Assembly: GCF_009914755.1 (NCBI RefSeq) | Contig: NC_060926.1 | Length of the DNA stretch: 64,000 bases | Direction: 5' to 3' (one strand) | DNA from: the human T2T-CHM13v2.0 reference genome, Homo sapiens | In this document: piece after piece, positions 13,600-28,165 of the stretch | Layout of the letters: every line of letters begins with the position of its first letter | How positions within the stretch are numbered: the stretch's first letter is position 1 | The notes under the pieces: generated by a model | What the model saw: the letters and a program-made list of their open reading frames with translations, nothing else | What the model was told of the DNA's origin: nothing | Databases searched by the model: none | Position numbers and translations under genes: made by a program

Positions 13600-14185
13600 A
13601 GTATTAGGTAAGCAAGCCTGCTGATGGAATGGGTGTGATGAGGGATTGGATAGAAAGAAAAAAGTCAAAGATAATTTTTAGTTTTTTACTTGAAAAAATT
13701 AGTGAATAATAATGGAATATACTAACTTTTAGAAATTGGAGACAATAGAGTTGGAGAGGTAAAAAAAATCAAGGTTTTAGTTTAGCAGAGTTGTGTTTTA
13801 AATTTCTTTCAGATATCTACATAGAGCTATCTACTGGTTGTTGAATATATTTGTGAAGTATTAGGCAAAAGTCAAGTTTGTGAATACATACGTGTGAAGC
13901 GCTGATCTATAACTAGTATGTAGCATTATTAGATGTATGCAGTTACTTAGGTAAAAAGTGTGGATGAAAAATGGAGATCCCTGGAGCATTTAGTGCAGAG
14001 GAGAAAGAACTAAGAAAGTGTGTTGTCACAAGTTCAACAAGGTGTTTCAAAGGGGACAGTGTGGTCAGCTAGATACAAGATTCCTACAGAAAAGTCAAGT
14101 GAGATGAGTGCAGCAAAGGAAGACCCCTCCAGTTTGCTCTGTGAAGCTTTCTGGTGATCTTAATAAAAGCAGTTTCAGTGGAACT
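13600..14185 (-). mobile_element. L2 fragment
   Basis: aaagtcaaagataatttttagtttttt..., ggtgatcttaataaaagcagtttcagtgga reverse L2 motifs. Confidence 0.7.
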
Positions 14186-14205
14186 CAATAGAAGCATATT
14201 CATGA

Positions 14206-14524
<319 letters not shown>

Positions 14525-14598
14525 ATGATACATTATTAAGAAAACCATTTTTATGGTCACTTAGCATGCCATCATGTTCAGTCTATGTTGTACTATAA

Positions 14599-14952
<354 letters not shown>

Positions 14953-15659
14953 TAGTTTATATCCATTTTTCAGTATTACAAATGACATAATTATGACTCT
15001 CCTTGTACATATAGTGTTATATCTTCAATCACTTCCCTAAGACAAAGTCATAGTTGAGGTGTTTTTTTAATTCACAGATAATGTACATGGTAAATATTTT
15101 GAATATATACTTCCAATTTCCCCCTCTCTATGCAGTTTAACTTAGAGTATAATTCCTGACCTGGTGATAAAATACAAATAAATGAACTAAAAATGATTTA
15201 TCTTGTTTAAATTAAAGTAGAGGTCTCCAACACCCAACAACCCAATTCATTCCTCTACACTCATTTTGAAACAATAATTCTTATTTAAAACAGTTATCCT
15301 TTTTTATACTAGAACTAACTTTCTTCAGCTTACTTTATGTGTGAGAGAGATTTGGAAAGAAAAAGTCACATAATGCTATAGTTTCTGTTACTTTGAGTCC
15401 ATATTCTATGCATCTCATACTGAACAAAGGTAAGGTTTGAGTAAAACCTACACATTCTGAATTATTTGAGCTACTAGGTAAATCTACCATTAAAACTAAT
15501 GAAATAACATTCTGGCTAAAAAAGCACTAAATCTTAAGAAATAAATTCACCCATGTTATTTTAAAAAGCATATAATAGAATAGAATCAGGGTTTAAAACA
15601 ATCTATTGTGTTTATTTACATCTCACAGAGCAGTAACAATCAAAGTTAAATTAAAACAT

Positions 15660-15725
15660 CCTCGGTGCTTGGCACATTGCCTGGCACTTCACAGGTGCTT
15701 AATAAATATTTGTTGAATGAATTCA
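15660..15725 (+). mobile_element. L2 3' tail
   Basis: gcacattgcctggcacttcacaggtgcttaataaatatttgttgaatgaat. Confidence 0.8.
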
Positions 15726-16418
15726 GTCAGTTCAGGAAGAAATAACATATCAACATTGCATTATCTCCTGTGGATGAACAGCCTGTTTTGCAAGGTAGTC
15801 CAAGAATCAATAGTAATTACTTTAGGATTTTGATGATTTGAAAAATTAACTTTAAAAGTGTGAATTAGGTTGTGTGTTGGCTTCTCTATCTCTAAAGTTC
15901 AATACTTTGCTTTCTGAAATGAACCTACAAAAGCATTTTTTTTCTCCAAAGGAGTCAAGTACCCTTTAGACACCAAATTAAACACTTTAGTTTATCTTTA
16001 GTGCATGGTAATTGAATAAATGTGCCTTCCCAGTAATACCCACAATTTTATTTCTCCTATTACAAATGTTCATCCAACATGAGCATATTTTAGGCTGGTC
16101 AAAATCAACACCTCTATTAAACAGTATTTTCCTCCAGTCAATATTTTTCTCATTCAAACATTTACTTTCAGCAATCCTAAAACTCCAGCGATCTAAATAT
16201 AGGCAACCTCAACTTGAAAAAATTCACAGCTAAAACTAACATATACTCTCTGCCAATCTGTGCACCAGCTGTGGATTAAAATGTGCTGAAAAGCAGAACA
16301 TTTTGTCTCTCTTCAATGATCAAATAGTCTCTTGCAGCATATACAACTCTTCATTAAATGGGGGGGGGGTGGTGCTGCAGGAGGGAGAGAAGAATCTGGG
16401 TGATTTATTTTGAGGTGT

Positions 16419-16679
16419 CCGGAAGGTGCTGAAATCCACTTAACTTACAGTTGTCACCTGGTTCTTTAAACAAAAAGCTATCTGAGTATTAAATAGAAGC
16501 AAGGAGAGCAGTGGTAACTGAGTTAGATTCTTGGAAGGAGAGTATCTTCCTGACTTTTCCAAATTACTTTCAGATTTGCTTCCTGTTTACTTTCTGGCAA
16601 ACATTTAAAAATATCTGCCCAAATAAGGTCGCATTTGCAGAGACTGTAGAAATTCCATGCAACTGCAAGGTTCCGGGAA
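16419..16679. promoter_or_regulatory. Candidate enhancer (ETS, FOX:ETS, CArG, STAT motifs)
   Basis: CCGGAAG 16419, CTTCCTGTTTAC 16579-16590, CCAAATAAGG 16619-16628, TTCCGGGAA 16671-16679; motif evidence only. Confidence 0.35.
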
Positions 16680-17529
16680 AAAAATGACAGATTTATTACA
16701 GGGGTTAGCATTAGTCAAAGAGCTCGTTTAATTATTTTAAGTCTCTTGCAAAATGTGAGTTCTTTTTTCCATTAATATAGTATTTACCAATATATATTCT
16801 TCTAATATTTGTAGCACAAAATTGCTCAAAATTGTTTCTACAATCCCATAGACCACAAATTCTTTACTTATTTACTCATTTTAAATGGCCTCAAAAACTG
16901 TACAGGGATTATCCAGCACAGAATGTCTTACTTAAAAAGATTGATGCTAACCTGATCAGCATAATATACGAATTGAAGCATAGCATCACAAGAAAAAAAA
17001 TCTTAAAATTGTTGACTGTAAAATCATGATGAATATTTTTTTCAGTTTGCACAATTGTCAAATTTTTGTAGAGACTTTTGTCCAATGGCAGAACAATCTG
17101 TTTTACTTATTTAGCTCCTCAAAGTTTAAGTTCTGTTGTCTCCTAACCATATGGCAAAACAGAATTGTCACTGTCTAATCATAGCTTGTATTATTTCACG
17201 TTAATGAGCAAACCTTAAGTTCTTCACCATAATTTTATAAATACAAAGTGTATGTATGTTAATCAAATTGCCAAATTTAAGATTATTACTCACTGAGAAT
17301 CAAAATGGAAATCTTACACTAAATTAAAAAAAAGGAAAAATATTTGTATGTCTATGTATATCATTATGATATTTTTATGTAGATATTTTATCTTTAGATA
17401 TTATCTCAATAAAAATAAAGAAAAACAGGAAATTTGAGTAACATACTTATCTTTAAAATATGCAATTTATAAAGCAGAAATACAAAAAAATCAAAGCAAT
17501 ATAAGTAGCATTTTTCTTATATTTAAGCA

Positions 17530-17700
17530 GTACTTTATACTTTTAAAACCTCTTTTAACTATTTCATTGTGAACTTTACAATCACTTTTCAAAATACAAA
17601 AACACACTGTTATTCTTAATTTTTAGATGAGAAGGCAGATACAGAAATTAAGTGATTTTCCACAATGTCTTACAACTGATCTCATGGTGGAAGTTGTTTT
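17530..17700 (-). mobile_element. MIR
   Basis: ttattcttaatttttagatgagaaggcagatacagaaattaagtgattttccacaatg core. Confidence 0.6.
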
Positions 17701-17717
17701 TAAACTTTCTTAAACTT

Positions 17718-17720
<3 letters not shown>

Positions 17721-17750
<30 letters not shown>
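17721..17750. repeat. (CA)n microsatellite
   Basis: Direct reading. Confidence 0.97.
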
Positions 17751-17752
<2 letters not shown>

Positions 17753-20284
17753 CTGAATTACAATCAGATAGCCAAATAAAAAAAATCTCCTACTTGCCAT
17801 GTGTCTTAAGAGGACAATAAAGCAAAAGTTGATATATGCATTAAAATAAAATGATATAGGCAAACAGTTCAACTAAAGGCAAAGCAGGAAAAAAAGAAAA
17901 AAATGCACAAATGATTGGAAGGAAAAAGTGGTTGTCTTTCTCTCTTCTTAATGCAAAAAAAAAAATCTAATCAGAACTCTAAATGTGAATTTCACAAACA
18001 CAAGGCCACACCAAGGAAATTAAGAGCAGCACAGTATAGGTTAAGGGCCACTTAATGACAAAGCATAATCAGTCCATTTCAATTGACCTTTTAGAAATAA
18101 TCAGTGTTTTTGTCACAGAGTTTTATAGTATTTTTTTTCAAGCAACTTAACTTCTCTATCCTTGACTAACTTGCAAAAGGATACAGAATTGAATATACAA
18201 ATATACCATGTTACGGCTACCATTGATGTTCAATTCTTTTGATGGAGAGAGTACATAACAATCATCTTAATGGAACTATATAAAAAAAGATCAGACTATC
18301 TTTGAAATCCAACATCAAAAGTTTTCTGAAATAAGTAGTTACAATTTTTTAAATTTAAGTTTTAAATATTAGGTATTGCACAGAAATCAGAGGTAAACAT
18401 GATTGATTCCAGACAATTTGCTCTGAAAATAAGAATTGGCCAAATGTTAAGCTCAATTAGACAGCTGTCTATATTATCTGGGGTTATGAAAGACCCTTTT
18501 GCTCTTACACTTTTTATCTTACAGCACCTCATGGTGTCTTAAATTCCCACTAGACTTAAGATTCTGAAGGTCACTGAACAAATGTCAATGTTATCAGCAC
18601 ACATTTTAACACATCTCACACATCTAGTCGTTATCAGCTATCAACACCTCAACTTGGATTCATGTAAAAAAAAGAGCCTAATCAGTTACCTGGCAAAGAA
18701 TAAAATAAAGAACTTGTATATTATGATTGAAGGGAAAATGTGACAAATAGGCTTTCTTGTGAGGTAGAAAGGGTAGATATAATTGGGAAAATAAGAGTGA
18801 AGGACAACCAGAGGCCGACAATGGGAAGAATTAGATATGGGTTACTCTGTCTTTGTCTTTTCCAGCTCCACAAAAAACTTCAGCTCTAATCTCATCCATA
18901 ATTCTAAAGCAGCCATTATAATCTTAGAAATAAACCAATACATTCAGTATTTTGTTTCTCACATTTTTACCATATCTCAGCATCTTCTTTATCACACATG
19001 TAGAAGTCTGTGGAGTTGTCATTAAGGATGTTAGGTAAAAGATTTCTACTTTAAGATCTCTGATAACTGGTGTATCAGAGATATCTGGTAACATATCAGG
19101 ATATCTCCAAATGTGATATTTGCCTCAATTTTCCTGCCTGAAATTCTTCTAATGAAGTCCAGGTCTCTATGTCCATCACAACTAAATGTCACATGTTGTG
19201 AACAGCAAGAGGTTAGACCTTGTCAAAGCAGGATCTTGACTGAGCAGGGGTTTATTGGAAGATGCCAAGAACCAACCCAGGATGTACTACAGTCTGTAGT
19301 TCAGAGAGAGAGCAAAAAAGTTCATCCAGTGGACAAGAAAAAAAGACATAAGAAGAATTACCAGCACGGTCTGATGTATTTTGATTTATCTTGCCTAGTA
19401 GAGTCTTCCTCTGTTTTTTTTTTCTAATATTTGCTTTTTCTATTCTGTAAGTAATTCACGTTAACAAGAGAAGACTTGGAAAACATGCAGATGAAACCAT
19501 ATACCACCTGAGATTTAACCACCTGGAGATAATCACTAATAACATTTTCATATATTTCCTCCCAATCTGTTTTTTTTCTCTGCATATATAGTTGTAGATA
19601 AAAATATAGAGGGATGTTTTGCCTCAAAAGGTACATATGCTTGTATAAGCCTTATATCATTCAGTGAATTCTTGCAAATATTTTTCTAGTCCCTCAAATT
19701 CTATAACATGATTTAAAGGCTACAAAGTTAAGTCTAGTGTATGATATGCCATCTAAGGGTGCTATTGACCCATAGGAACTCAAAGGCAAACTGATGTTGT
19801 CTATTTCTTACCTGTCTTCTCCTTTGAACACTGGAACACTCTTGGCTCTTTGCTGGGTTGAGCCACCACGATGACACCACTGTGTATCTTACTTTGGGTG
19901 TCATGCATCCTACACCTCCTTCAGACCTATGAAATTGCACCTACTGGAAAAAAAAAAAACATTTGCTGAAATTGTCCACATCTTTGCACTGCCTCTTAGA
20001 CTGTCTGGCCATCTGTGTCAGAGCATCAACTTCCACAGCCCCATTTCTTCAATCCCATCTAATCCTGCTTTCCTCCCTGCATGTATTTGTGGGTAAGAGA
20101 TACCATATCTTATTTCTAAGCCTGTTTCTAGAATTAAAACTGTACAGAGGAAATATTAATGAAAATGCATTTATACATGTTATTATCTTGCCTGGCTATC
20201 CCTGAACAGGTATGTAGATTTTAGTATGGCAGTTCCTGAACTCAATCTCCACACATAGGTAGGGGATCTTCTTTGGACTTTTGT

Positions 20285-20510
20285 CATATTTATTCAACAA
20301 GTATTTATTAGGCACTTACTATGTGTCAATCACTATTTCATTTGCCTGGTCTTTAAAGACTACATTCCAGGGAAAAAATAAGGAAAACAGACAAATATAA
20401 TAATTACAAATATAAAAAATGTGATTGAGGAATCAAACAGTTCGCTGGCTTAAGGAATACTTAGGGGACCAACTTTAAAGAGATCAGGAAACACTACCCT
20501 GAGGAAATCT
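20285..20510 (-). mobile_element. L2 3' fragment
   Basis: atttattcaacaagtatttattaggcacttactatgtgtca. Confidence 0.7.
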
Positions 20511-20929
20511 CCAGCCCATTGTGGAGACTCGCTTTCCCCAGGATCCCAAAGAATTAAATTCACCTTCTTACCATTTTCAAAAGCACCTAGTATGTTGCAG
20601 GCTAGGATCCTTAGAATCTTGCCATTCCTGTCTCACATGTCCTTCATCCCCACCAACGTCCAGTCAATGCAACTTCTCATTAAAATATGTCTATTTCTAC
20701 CTCACCTGAAGCACTTAAATACCCGCAGTGAACGAGTTAAACGATTAAAAATGCATTTTTCTTCCCAGCCTGCAGCAGTTCAACACATGAATTATGTCTT
20801 TGATTCTGGCAACTCTTCTGCAACTAAAAAGATGTTTGAAAAAGGAAAACAGGAAATGCCACAGAGAAATGTGTCTCTTTGTTTTTTTGGAGAAAAACCT
20901 TCCCATTAGTGGCGTCCAGCAGAACAAAG

Positions 20930-21170
20930 TGAAATATGCTAGAGTTTAAGAGTTAGCCAAACCTTGGAATTGGATTCTAGTTCTGCATCTTGCTTACTGT
21001 GGTGAGCTCAGTAAATTACTGAATCACATTAAACCTCAATTTCCTCCTCTATAAAATGAGAATACAATACTCTATGTAATGTAATTCTAAGAATTAGAAA
21101 TAATATATGTAAAGCACTTAGCACAGCACCCTCTCACATATCTCTGGATAAATAGCTATTGTTATCATTT
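20930..21170 (+). mobile_element. MIR
   Basis: aacctcaatttcctcctctataaaatgagaata core and gtaaagcacttagcacag tail. Confidence 0.8.
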
Positions 21171-22449
21171 CTTAATGACCTCATGATTAATTATGAATTG
21201 TTATCCACATTTTATTTATACATTATCCTCATGGTGTGCCACCATGCCCAGAAAGGTTAAATAACTTGCCCAGAATTAGAGTCAAGGTGAGGCTTCAACT
21301 CCAAAACTCTGCTCTTAACTATGGTTAGAGCACTATGAAAAATATAAATGTAGAATAGCACGTTAGTCAATTTCATTAGGTTGCATCTCAGGTTCAAGGC
21401 TATCCATTCAAAGTAGCACGTGGCAGACGGAATATTATGTGGTGCCAGGATGTGCCTTAAAATCAAGAACCATGCCTGAGTGACACTGAGAGTACTGATT
21501 TGCCTACAACTGCCTTCACTCAAGCAAGACTGAGCTCAAGGGATGGCAGGAAAGCAAGAAGGGTGAGGAAGGTGAAACCCAGTGGATTAAGGGATGGTAA
21601 GAGGAGCCTACTACAGGGGGTCTCAAAGGAGTACACATATGCACCAAATACCAGTGAGGGAACCTAATTCAGACCACATTTTAAACATATTTTACATATT
21701 ATGATGGGGAAGAAATTTTAATTGAAAAGATTTGTCCAGATGTTGCAGTGCCCTAGCTACCAAACTGGATTATATACAGGTCGGGAATCTTTTCTTAGGT
21801 GAAAAGGACTGACACTAAAGAGAAAATGACAGTGCTGAAACCATGAGATCGTGGTTCAGGCAGAACTAAGGAGCAGGAACCATGGCAAAAATTCAAGCCT
21901 TTGAACAGAGCCACAGTGCAGACAGGAAAGAGAAGAAAAGGAAAGCAAAGGCGCACAGCCTCGCAGGGAAAGAACACTCCTGGGGCTTTGGCCATACATA
22001 GGTTTCTTGGTAGCAAAGGCATTGGGGGAGCAACAAAGAGCCCAGCAGTCATGACCAGATTAGCTGTTTCTCTGGGGGGCTTTAGTTCTAAGCCCCATCA
22101 GATGGAGGGACTAAGGCATTTGGTATATTTTCTGACTTAGCCAAGGTTGCTTTAGGCAGGAGATTGCATTTACATCTGAAAACATCACTGAGTACATCCA
22201 GAAGTGTTGCAAAAAATAAACGTAGGGAAAATGGGGCCTAAATTGGACCTCTGTTTATTCAGCATAGGTGGAGATACCTACAAATGAACTTTCAAACAGG
22301 GACGTGAACTCTACAGTCACAATTGATCTAGTACTGAGTAGACAGATAGTATCTGGGAAGGTCTGTTACAGCCTAAGATAATAATATTAGCTGAAGGTCC
22401 ATTTTTTACAGCATAACATACTGAACCCCAGAGGTTAAGAAAGGAATGT

Positions 22450-22926
22450 GATGCAAGTGAATGTTCATCACAACATTATTCACAATAGCAAAGACATGGA
22501 ATCAATCTAAATGCCTATCAATGACAGATTGGATAAAGAAAATGTGGTACGTGTACACCATAGAATACTATTCGGCTATAAAAAAGAATGAGATCATGTC
22601 TTTTGTGGGAACATGGATAGAGCTGGAGGCCATTATCTTTAGCAAACACACAGGAACAGAAAACCAAATACTGCATATTCTCACATATAAGTGGGAGCTA
22701 AACGAGAAGAACTCAGGAACACAAAGAAGGAAACAACACACACTGTGGTCTGCTGGAGGGTGGAGAGAAGGAGGAGGGAGAGGAGGAGAAAAGTTAACTA
22801 TCGGGTACTGGGCTTAATACCTGGGTGATGAAATAATCTGCACAACAAACCCCACGACATGAGTTCACCTATGTAACAAACTTTCACATGTACCCCCAAA
22901 CCTAAAATAAAAGTGATTAATTAAAA
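22450..22926 (+). mobile_element. 5'-truncated L1PA15/16-like 3' end
   Basis: Encodes ORF2 C-terminus (MFITTLFTIAKTWNQSKC); gggtactgggcttaatacctgggtgatgaaataatctg; TSD aaaggaatgt 22440-22449 / 22927-22936. Confidence 0.92.
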
Positions 22927-23753
22927 AAAGGAATGTCAGACAATCAGTGTTAGTTTCTAGTCTAGATAAGAAGTTCTCAGGCACAGAAATATGTCTTAAG
23001 GTTTGAGAATGTAGATATTAGAATTATAGCAGAAAATTTGTTAGAGCAGTGATAGGGAGAATACTGAACTGACCTATCATGGTGGCACCAAGATACTCAA
23101 TGGGCTTTAGTATTGATTTGGTTTTTTTATATATACAGTACTCTAAAGATAGAGCCAGTTACTAGGGATAAGGAAGTGGGTGTGCTTGACAGGGGGTGCA
23201 AGAATTACACATCTGAGTGTGCTGGAATGGGGCCTGGAGGACCAGGAGTGGAACCAAGTGTTTTTCTACAGTGTTCATGGAAGCAAAATGGCAATATCAA
23301 GGATTCTTTCCCAGGTATTAAACCACCTTTGACAATGAGAATGTTTCCCCTCCATATCGTTGTTCCACCAACACCTTCTTGTCTGCTACTCCTTTTCCCA
23401 TGAGGGATTATGGTTATCCAAGCCCTTTGATACAGCAGCCTACCCAAGTCAGCCCTCCTGAAATTGTTCCTGACTCTCCTGATGAGGGGCCCTTCAAACT
23501 GATTTCTGGATTTTTTGACACAACCCAGTTACTCTGTGATCTTTTTGTTTGTTTCCAGGACAGAAAAAAAAAAGTTCTAGACTCATACGTTTCCTGCCTT
23601 AGTTCTGGAATCAATCATTTCTCTGAGGAGCCCTGGTTGCATTTAATGGAGAACAATATTGAGAACTCATGATCTGGGCACTAAGACTGTTCATTCTTTT
23701 TAAGATTTTGCTGCTCCCAGACCCTTGCAGTAGACAGAGGTAGGAAAGGTATA

Positions 23754-24091
23754 TAGTCATGCATCACTTAACAGTGGGGATACATTCTGAGAAATGCATC
23801 ATTATACAATTTTGTCATCACAGGGACATCATAGAGTGTACTTACACAAACCTAGATGGTATGGCTTACTACTCACCTAGGTTATATTGCACAGCCTATT
23901 GCTCCTAAGCTACAAACCTGTACAGCTTGTTACTGTATTGAACACTGTAGGCAACTGTAACACAACAGTAAGTATTTGCATATCCAAACATAGAAAATGT
24001 ACAGTAAAGATACAGTATTATAATCTTAAGAGACCACTGTCATTTATGGAGTCTGTCCTTGACCAAAATATCACTAAGCAGTACATGACTA
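23754..24091 (+). mobile_element. Tigger3a (MER7A) non-autonomous DNA transposon
   Basis: Ends tagtcatg...catgacta, TA flanks, ggggatacattctgagaaatgc and gtacttacacaaacctagatggt core. Confidence 0.9.
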
Positions 24092-24264
24092 TATATGAGT
24101 GTGTGTATGTATACCACAACTTACATCTATATTTATTTATGAATCCACATGTATTGAAAACTTCAGAAATCATTCTAGTTTTATTCATTTCCATACTTGT
24201 AACTCTCTTCTGATACCTGGATCACCATACCTTTAGCAGAATTACTTATTTGATCAAACCCCTG

Positions 24265-24632
24265 TGTATTAGTCTGTTCTCATGCTGCTAACAAAGACAT
24301 ACCCAAGACTGGGTAATTTATTTAAAAAAAAAGAGGTTTAATAGACTCACAGTTCCACACGGCTGGGGAGGCCTCACAATCATGGTGGAAGGCAAAGGAA
24401 GAGCAAAGGGATGTCTTACATGGCAGCAGATAAGAGAGCACGTGCAGGGGAACTGTGCTTTATAAAACCATCAGATCTCATGAGACTTATTTACTATCAT
24501 GAGAACAGCATGGGAAACCCCCCCACCCCATGATTCAACTACCTTCCATAGGGTCCCTCCCATGACATGTGGGGATTATGAGAGCTACAATTCGAGGTGA
24601 GATTTGGGTGGGGACACAGGCAAACCCTATCA
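24265..24632 (-). mobile_element. THE1 (C-like) MaLR solo LTR
   Basis: tgtattagtc...accctatca; 5-bp TSD ccctg 24260-24264 / 24633-24637. Confidence 0.93.
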
Positions 24633-24942
24633 CCCTGTTATGTCACCAGTCCATCTCCAGCTTTGCATAGATGTCCTCCTCACTTCACCTAGGCTCTGAC
24701 CCCCAGCCCCAGGCCAGGTTGCTCCCCATGGCCTGTGTGGAAGCCCCCATCCCATCTCCAACTCAGATAGTCCAAGTATAGTAATTTATTCAAGTATAAA
24801 TAGAATTAAAATGTCCATATCTTTGAGTATCTATGGTCTACATTTCATTTTTCAGTATTTAGGAAAAGTTGATTTGAGTAGTTTTCTATTCAGTTTCTAA
24901 TAAAGAACAATCTTCCCTGTGACACCCTGTATTTGTCTAATA

Positions 24943-25186
24943 CAGGGGCTGGCAAGCAGATTGTGGGCCAAATTCTGCCTATGGCCTAATAGTATACAGC
25001 CCTGTATACTAATTGTACATAGATAATATACACACAATATACACAGTTAGTATACAGCAATCTAAGAATGGTTTTTACATTTTTTAAGGGTTGTGAAAAA
25101 AATATATGTGACAGAGACCATATGTGATCCGGAAAAACTTAAGTATTTACTATCTGGCTCTTTACAGAAAAAGTTTGCCAACCCTG
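24943..25186 (-). mobile_element. MER58-family hAT-Charlie element with internal fold-back insertion
   Basis: TIRs caggggctggcaa...tttgccaaccctg; tatttactatctggctctttacagaaaaagtttgcc. Confidence 0.85.
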
Positions 25187-25484
25187 GTCTGGGATATCTT
25201 ACTGCTCTGCCAACTTGGCTAACTCATTTACCAGGAGGTAGTGACATAAAATGAAATAAGTTTCTGAGCTGCTTTAAGCCTCAAGGACTAAATAAGTTGC
25301 AAGTAACCAGTGAAATCGCCATCATATCAAAACAGAAATAATGAATAACTTGCAAAATCATCAGTGAGAACAGGATAGTGCTAAGGATACAATCTAAGTC
25401 ACCCCACTCCTTATCTCAGATTAAACATGCCAAGCTCCATTTGCCTCTGATTTGCGTGGTCATTAGTGGAAGCCTGGCCTCCAG

Positions 25485-25549
25485 TACTATTTATTTCAAT
25501 AAACATCTTCTTATGCATTACTATTTATTTCAATAAACATCTTCTTATG
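25485..25549. repeat. Exact 31-bp tandem duplication with 3-bp spacer
   Basis: tactatttatttcaataaacatcttcttatg at 25485-25515 and 25519-25549. Confidence 0.97.
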
Positions 25550-25792
25550 TAAAATCCTAATGCTTGATTATATGAATTCGTACAACTACAGAATTAATGG
25601 AGTATAACCCTAATTCAAATTCAAAATTAAGTCAATTTTGAACTAAAATATAATTGATTGCAAGAAATACATAACCCTGGAAGTGGAGTACTTCAAAAGA
25701 ACAAGGTCATTATTTCTTGGCTACATGCCAAATATGAATAGGGTGGGAGGGTAAAATTGTCACCTTTGAACTAATATAGCACCCACTTATTA

Positions 25793-26124
<332 letters not shown>

Positions 26125-27914
26125 TTACTGCTTTGTATTAGAAACCCATAGGCCTGGTTTCTTAGAGGCAAAATTGCAGTTTCTGGATGAAGATAAGAAA
26201 AACCCATTTACATGGCTACAGTAAAAAGTGGAACGCACAGAAACCGCTCCAAAGCTCTGCTAACAAAAGCATGCCTGACACAATTTTCTTTCTTCACCAA
26301 CACAAGAGAAAGAAAAGCAATGCTCAGCATTGTTTATCAATTTAAGTGCATCAATTCTGTTTTCCACATATTGTGATTTCCCTGCCTTAAAAACAAAAAA
26401 TCTCTTTTTTTGGAAGAAAGGTTTTAAATAGCTTCAGTCTGTTCCCTTTATTTTCTTTTCTCACCCAAGCAGTGACCCAGACAATTGGGGGCATATAAAT
26501 GAAAAGTAATATGAAGCGGGGAAAGAAATAACAACTCAAAAAAAAACAATATTCACAGTGCCGTGAATTCATATTCCACTATTAGTTTACAGTCTCACAT
26601 AACAGCTTAGGCTGAAATATGAGTTCCAGTGCAATGTTTGCACTAATTGTCCTGAATAATTCAGGTTTTACCACTTTCCAGGGCCTCTCTGAAGTGGGGT
26701 TGCTGGAAGCCATATTTGTTTCTTCAGCACCCACAATATGATGATTGTTATGCTGCAGACTACACAGTGAGCTGGAGCTGCTTGATTTGGAAGGCCGAAC
26801 AGAGGAGAAATTTCAGAGCATCGCCAGTCTGAGAAACCAACTGGTGTTCAGTACATTCCACACACACTAAGATTGGAATCTTACCTGAGTTTATGGATTG
26901 CTGTGCATAGTCTCCTTTAACAAGGTTAGAGAAATCTCTAATTGCAGTTTTTGTTTTCTTTGGCTCAAGAGTGAAATTCTGAAGCAGGTGATGACTTGAA
27001 ATAGGTCCTGGAGAGAATAAAGAAAGAAAATTAGCAAAATAAATAAATAAAAATAAATTTAAAAATACCTCATTCAACTGCTTTGTCTGCGTAATAACAT
27101 TGAGCATGACTGTCACTCTGAAGACATATTAGCTCATTTAGGTAATTAGTGTGAGCAGCATGTTTCCCTACTTATTCCATTCAATTATAGGGTTCTCACT
27201 TTGTCATTACTGGAGTGTCTTAATGTGACTTGTAATTAGTGTAATTACAATCCAATGTTAATTATATCTGCCACTTAGACATAATTTTATATAGTAATGG
27301 TCTCTAATCTCAATAACCTTATTATGTTGTTTATTCAAACAGGAATTAAGTCTTCTTTCATGCGTCAAATACGGAGATTACAAAAAAGTACCGCTTGTGT
27401 CATTTTGATAGTTATGACAAGGGAATCTCTGAAATAGCAAAATCATATTTGAGACAATGTCTGCATGTGCAAACAATTAACAGCAGTTCCTCCCTGTTTC
27501 CGGAAATATGCCTATGTATCTCCAAATAACTGTGTTTAGAGGCAGTTTGAGCCTTGACTTGCTCATGAATTCTAGGAAGAACTAATGAGTGTACATGTAG
27601 TAGAAGCCTGTTACTGTGGTTCCATTTATTAGAATACCAAATACACTCATTGCTGACCATTTAATGGACCATTGCTCTGAGTAACTAACCATTGTATACA
27701 ATGTAATAATATCACCTTGCATTTGAAGAGCACATTATCTTTTAAAGTGCTTTTAAAAATATTATTTCAGTTAATCCTGGAAACAACTTCATGGGAATAG
27801 GGATGGTAGGTATCAGATCATTGCAATAGATTGAATAAAAATGAAAGGACATTGGCCATGTTCATTTAACAAGGGAAGAGCTACTAATCAGAAGCCAATT
27901 CAGTAAAGCCATTA

Positions 27915-28165
27915 ATAGCATGGGCTCTACAGCTAACATTTCTAGGTTTTGAATCCCAGCTCTTCCACCTAAAAATTCAGGGCCCTTCAGTAAGTTTCTT
28001 AACTCCTCTAACCATCAGTGTCCTCATCTGTATGTCAGAAATAGCAACAAGATCTAATCCACAGAATAGTTACATGGATTAAATGAGCTATAGAGAAAAA
28101 GCTTAAAACAGTTTTGGGCACAAACTAAAAACTAAATAAATATTGGCTGCTATTATTGTTATTCT
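27915..28165 (+). mobile_element. MIR
   Basis: ttgaatcccagctcttccacc, catcagtgtcctcatctgta, aataaatattggctgctattatt. Confidence 0.75.

Larger units (their letters stand above)
23490..24770 (-). mobile_element. L1MC-type 3' region interrupted by Tigger3a and THE1
   Basis: ctggaatcaatcatttctctgaggagccctggttgcatttaatggagaac motif; similar sequence resumes between the insertions. Confidence 0.6.

Noticed and set aside
22461-22817. ORF similar to L1 ORF2p C-terminus (also 46874-47119, 47243-47619)
   Set aside because: 5'-truncated, frameshifted L1 relics, not genes.
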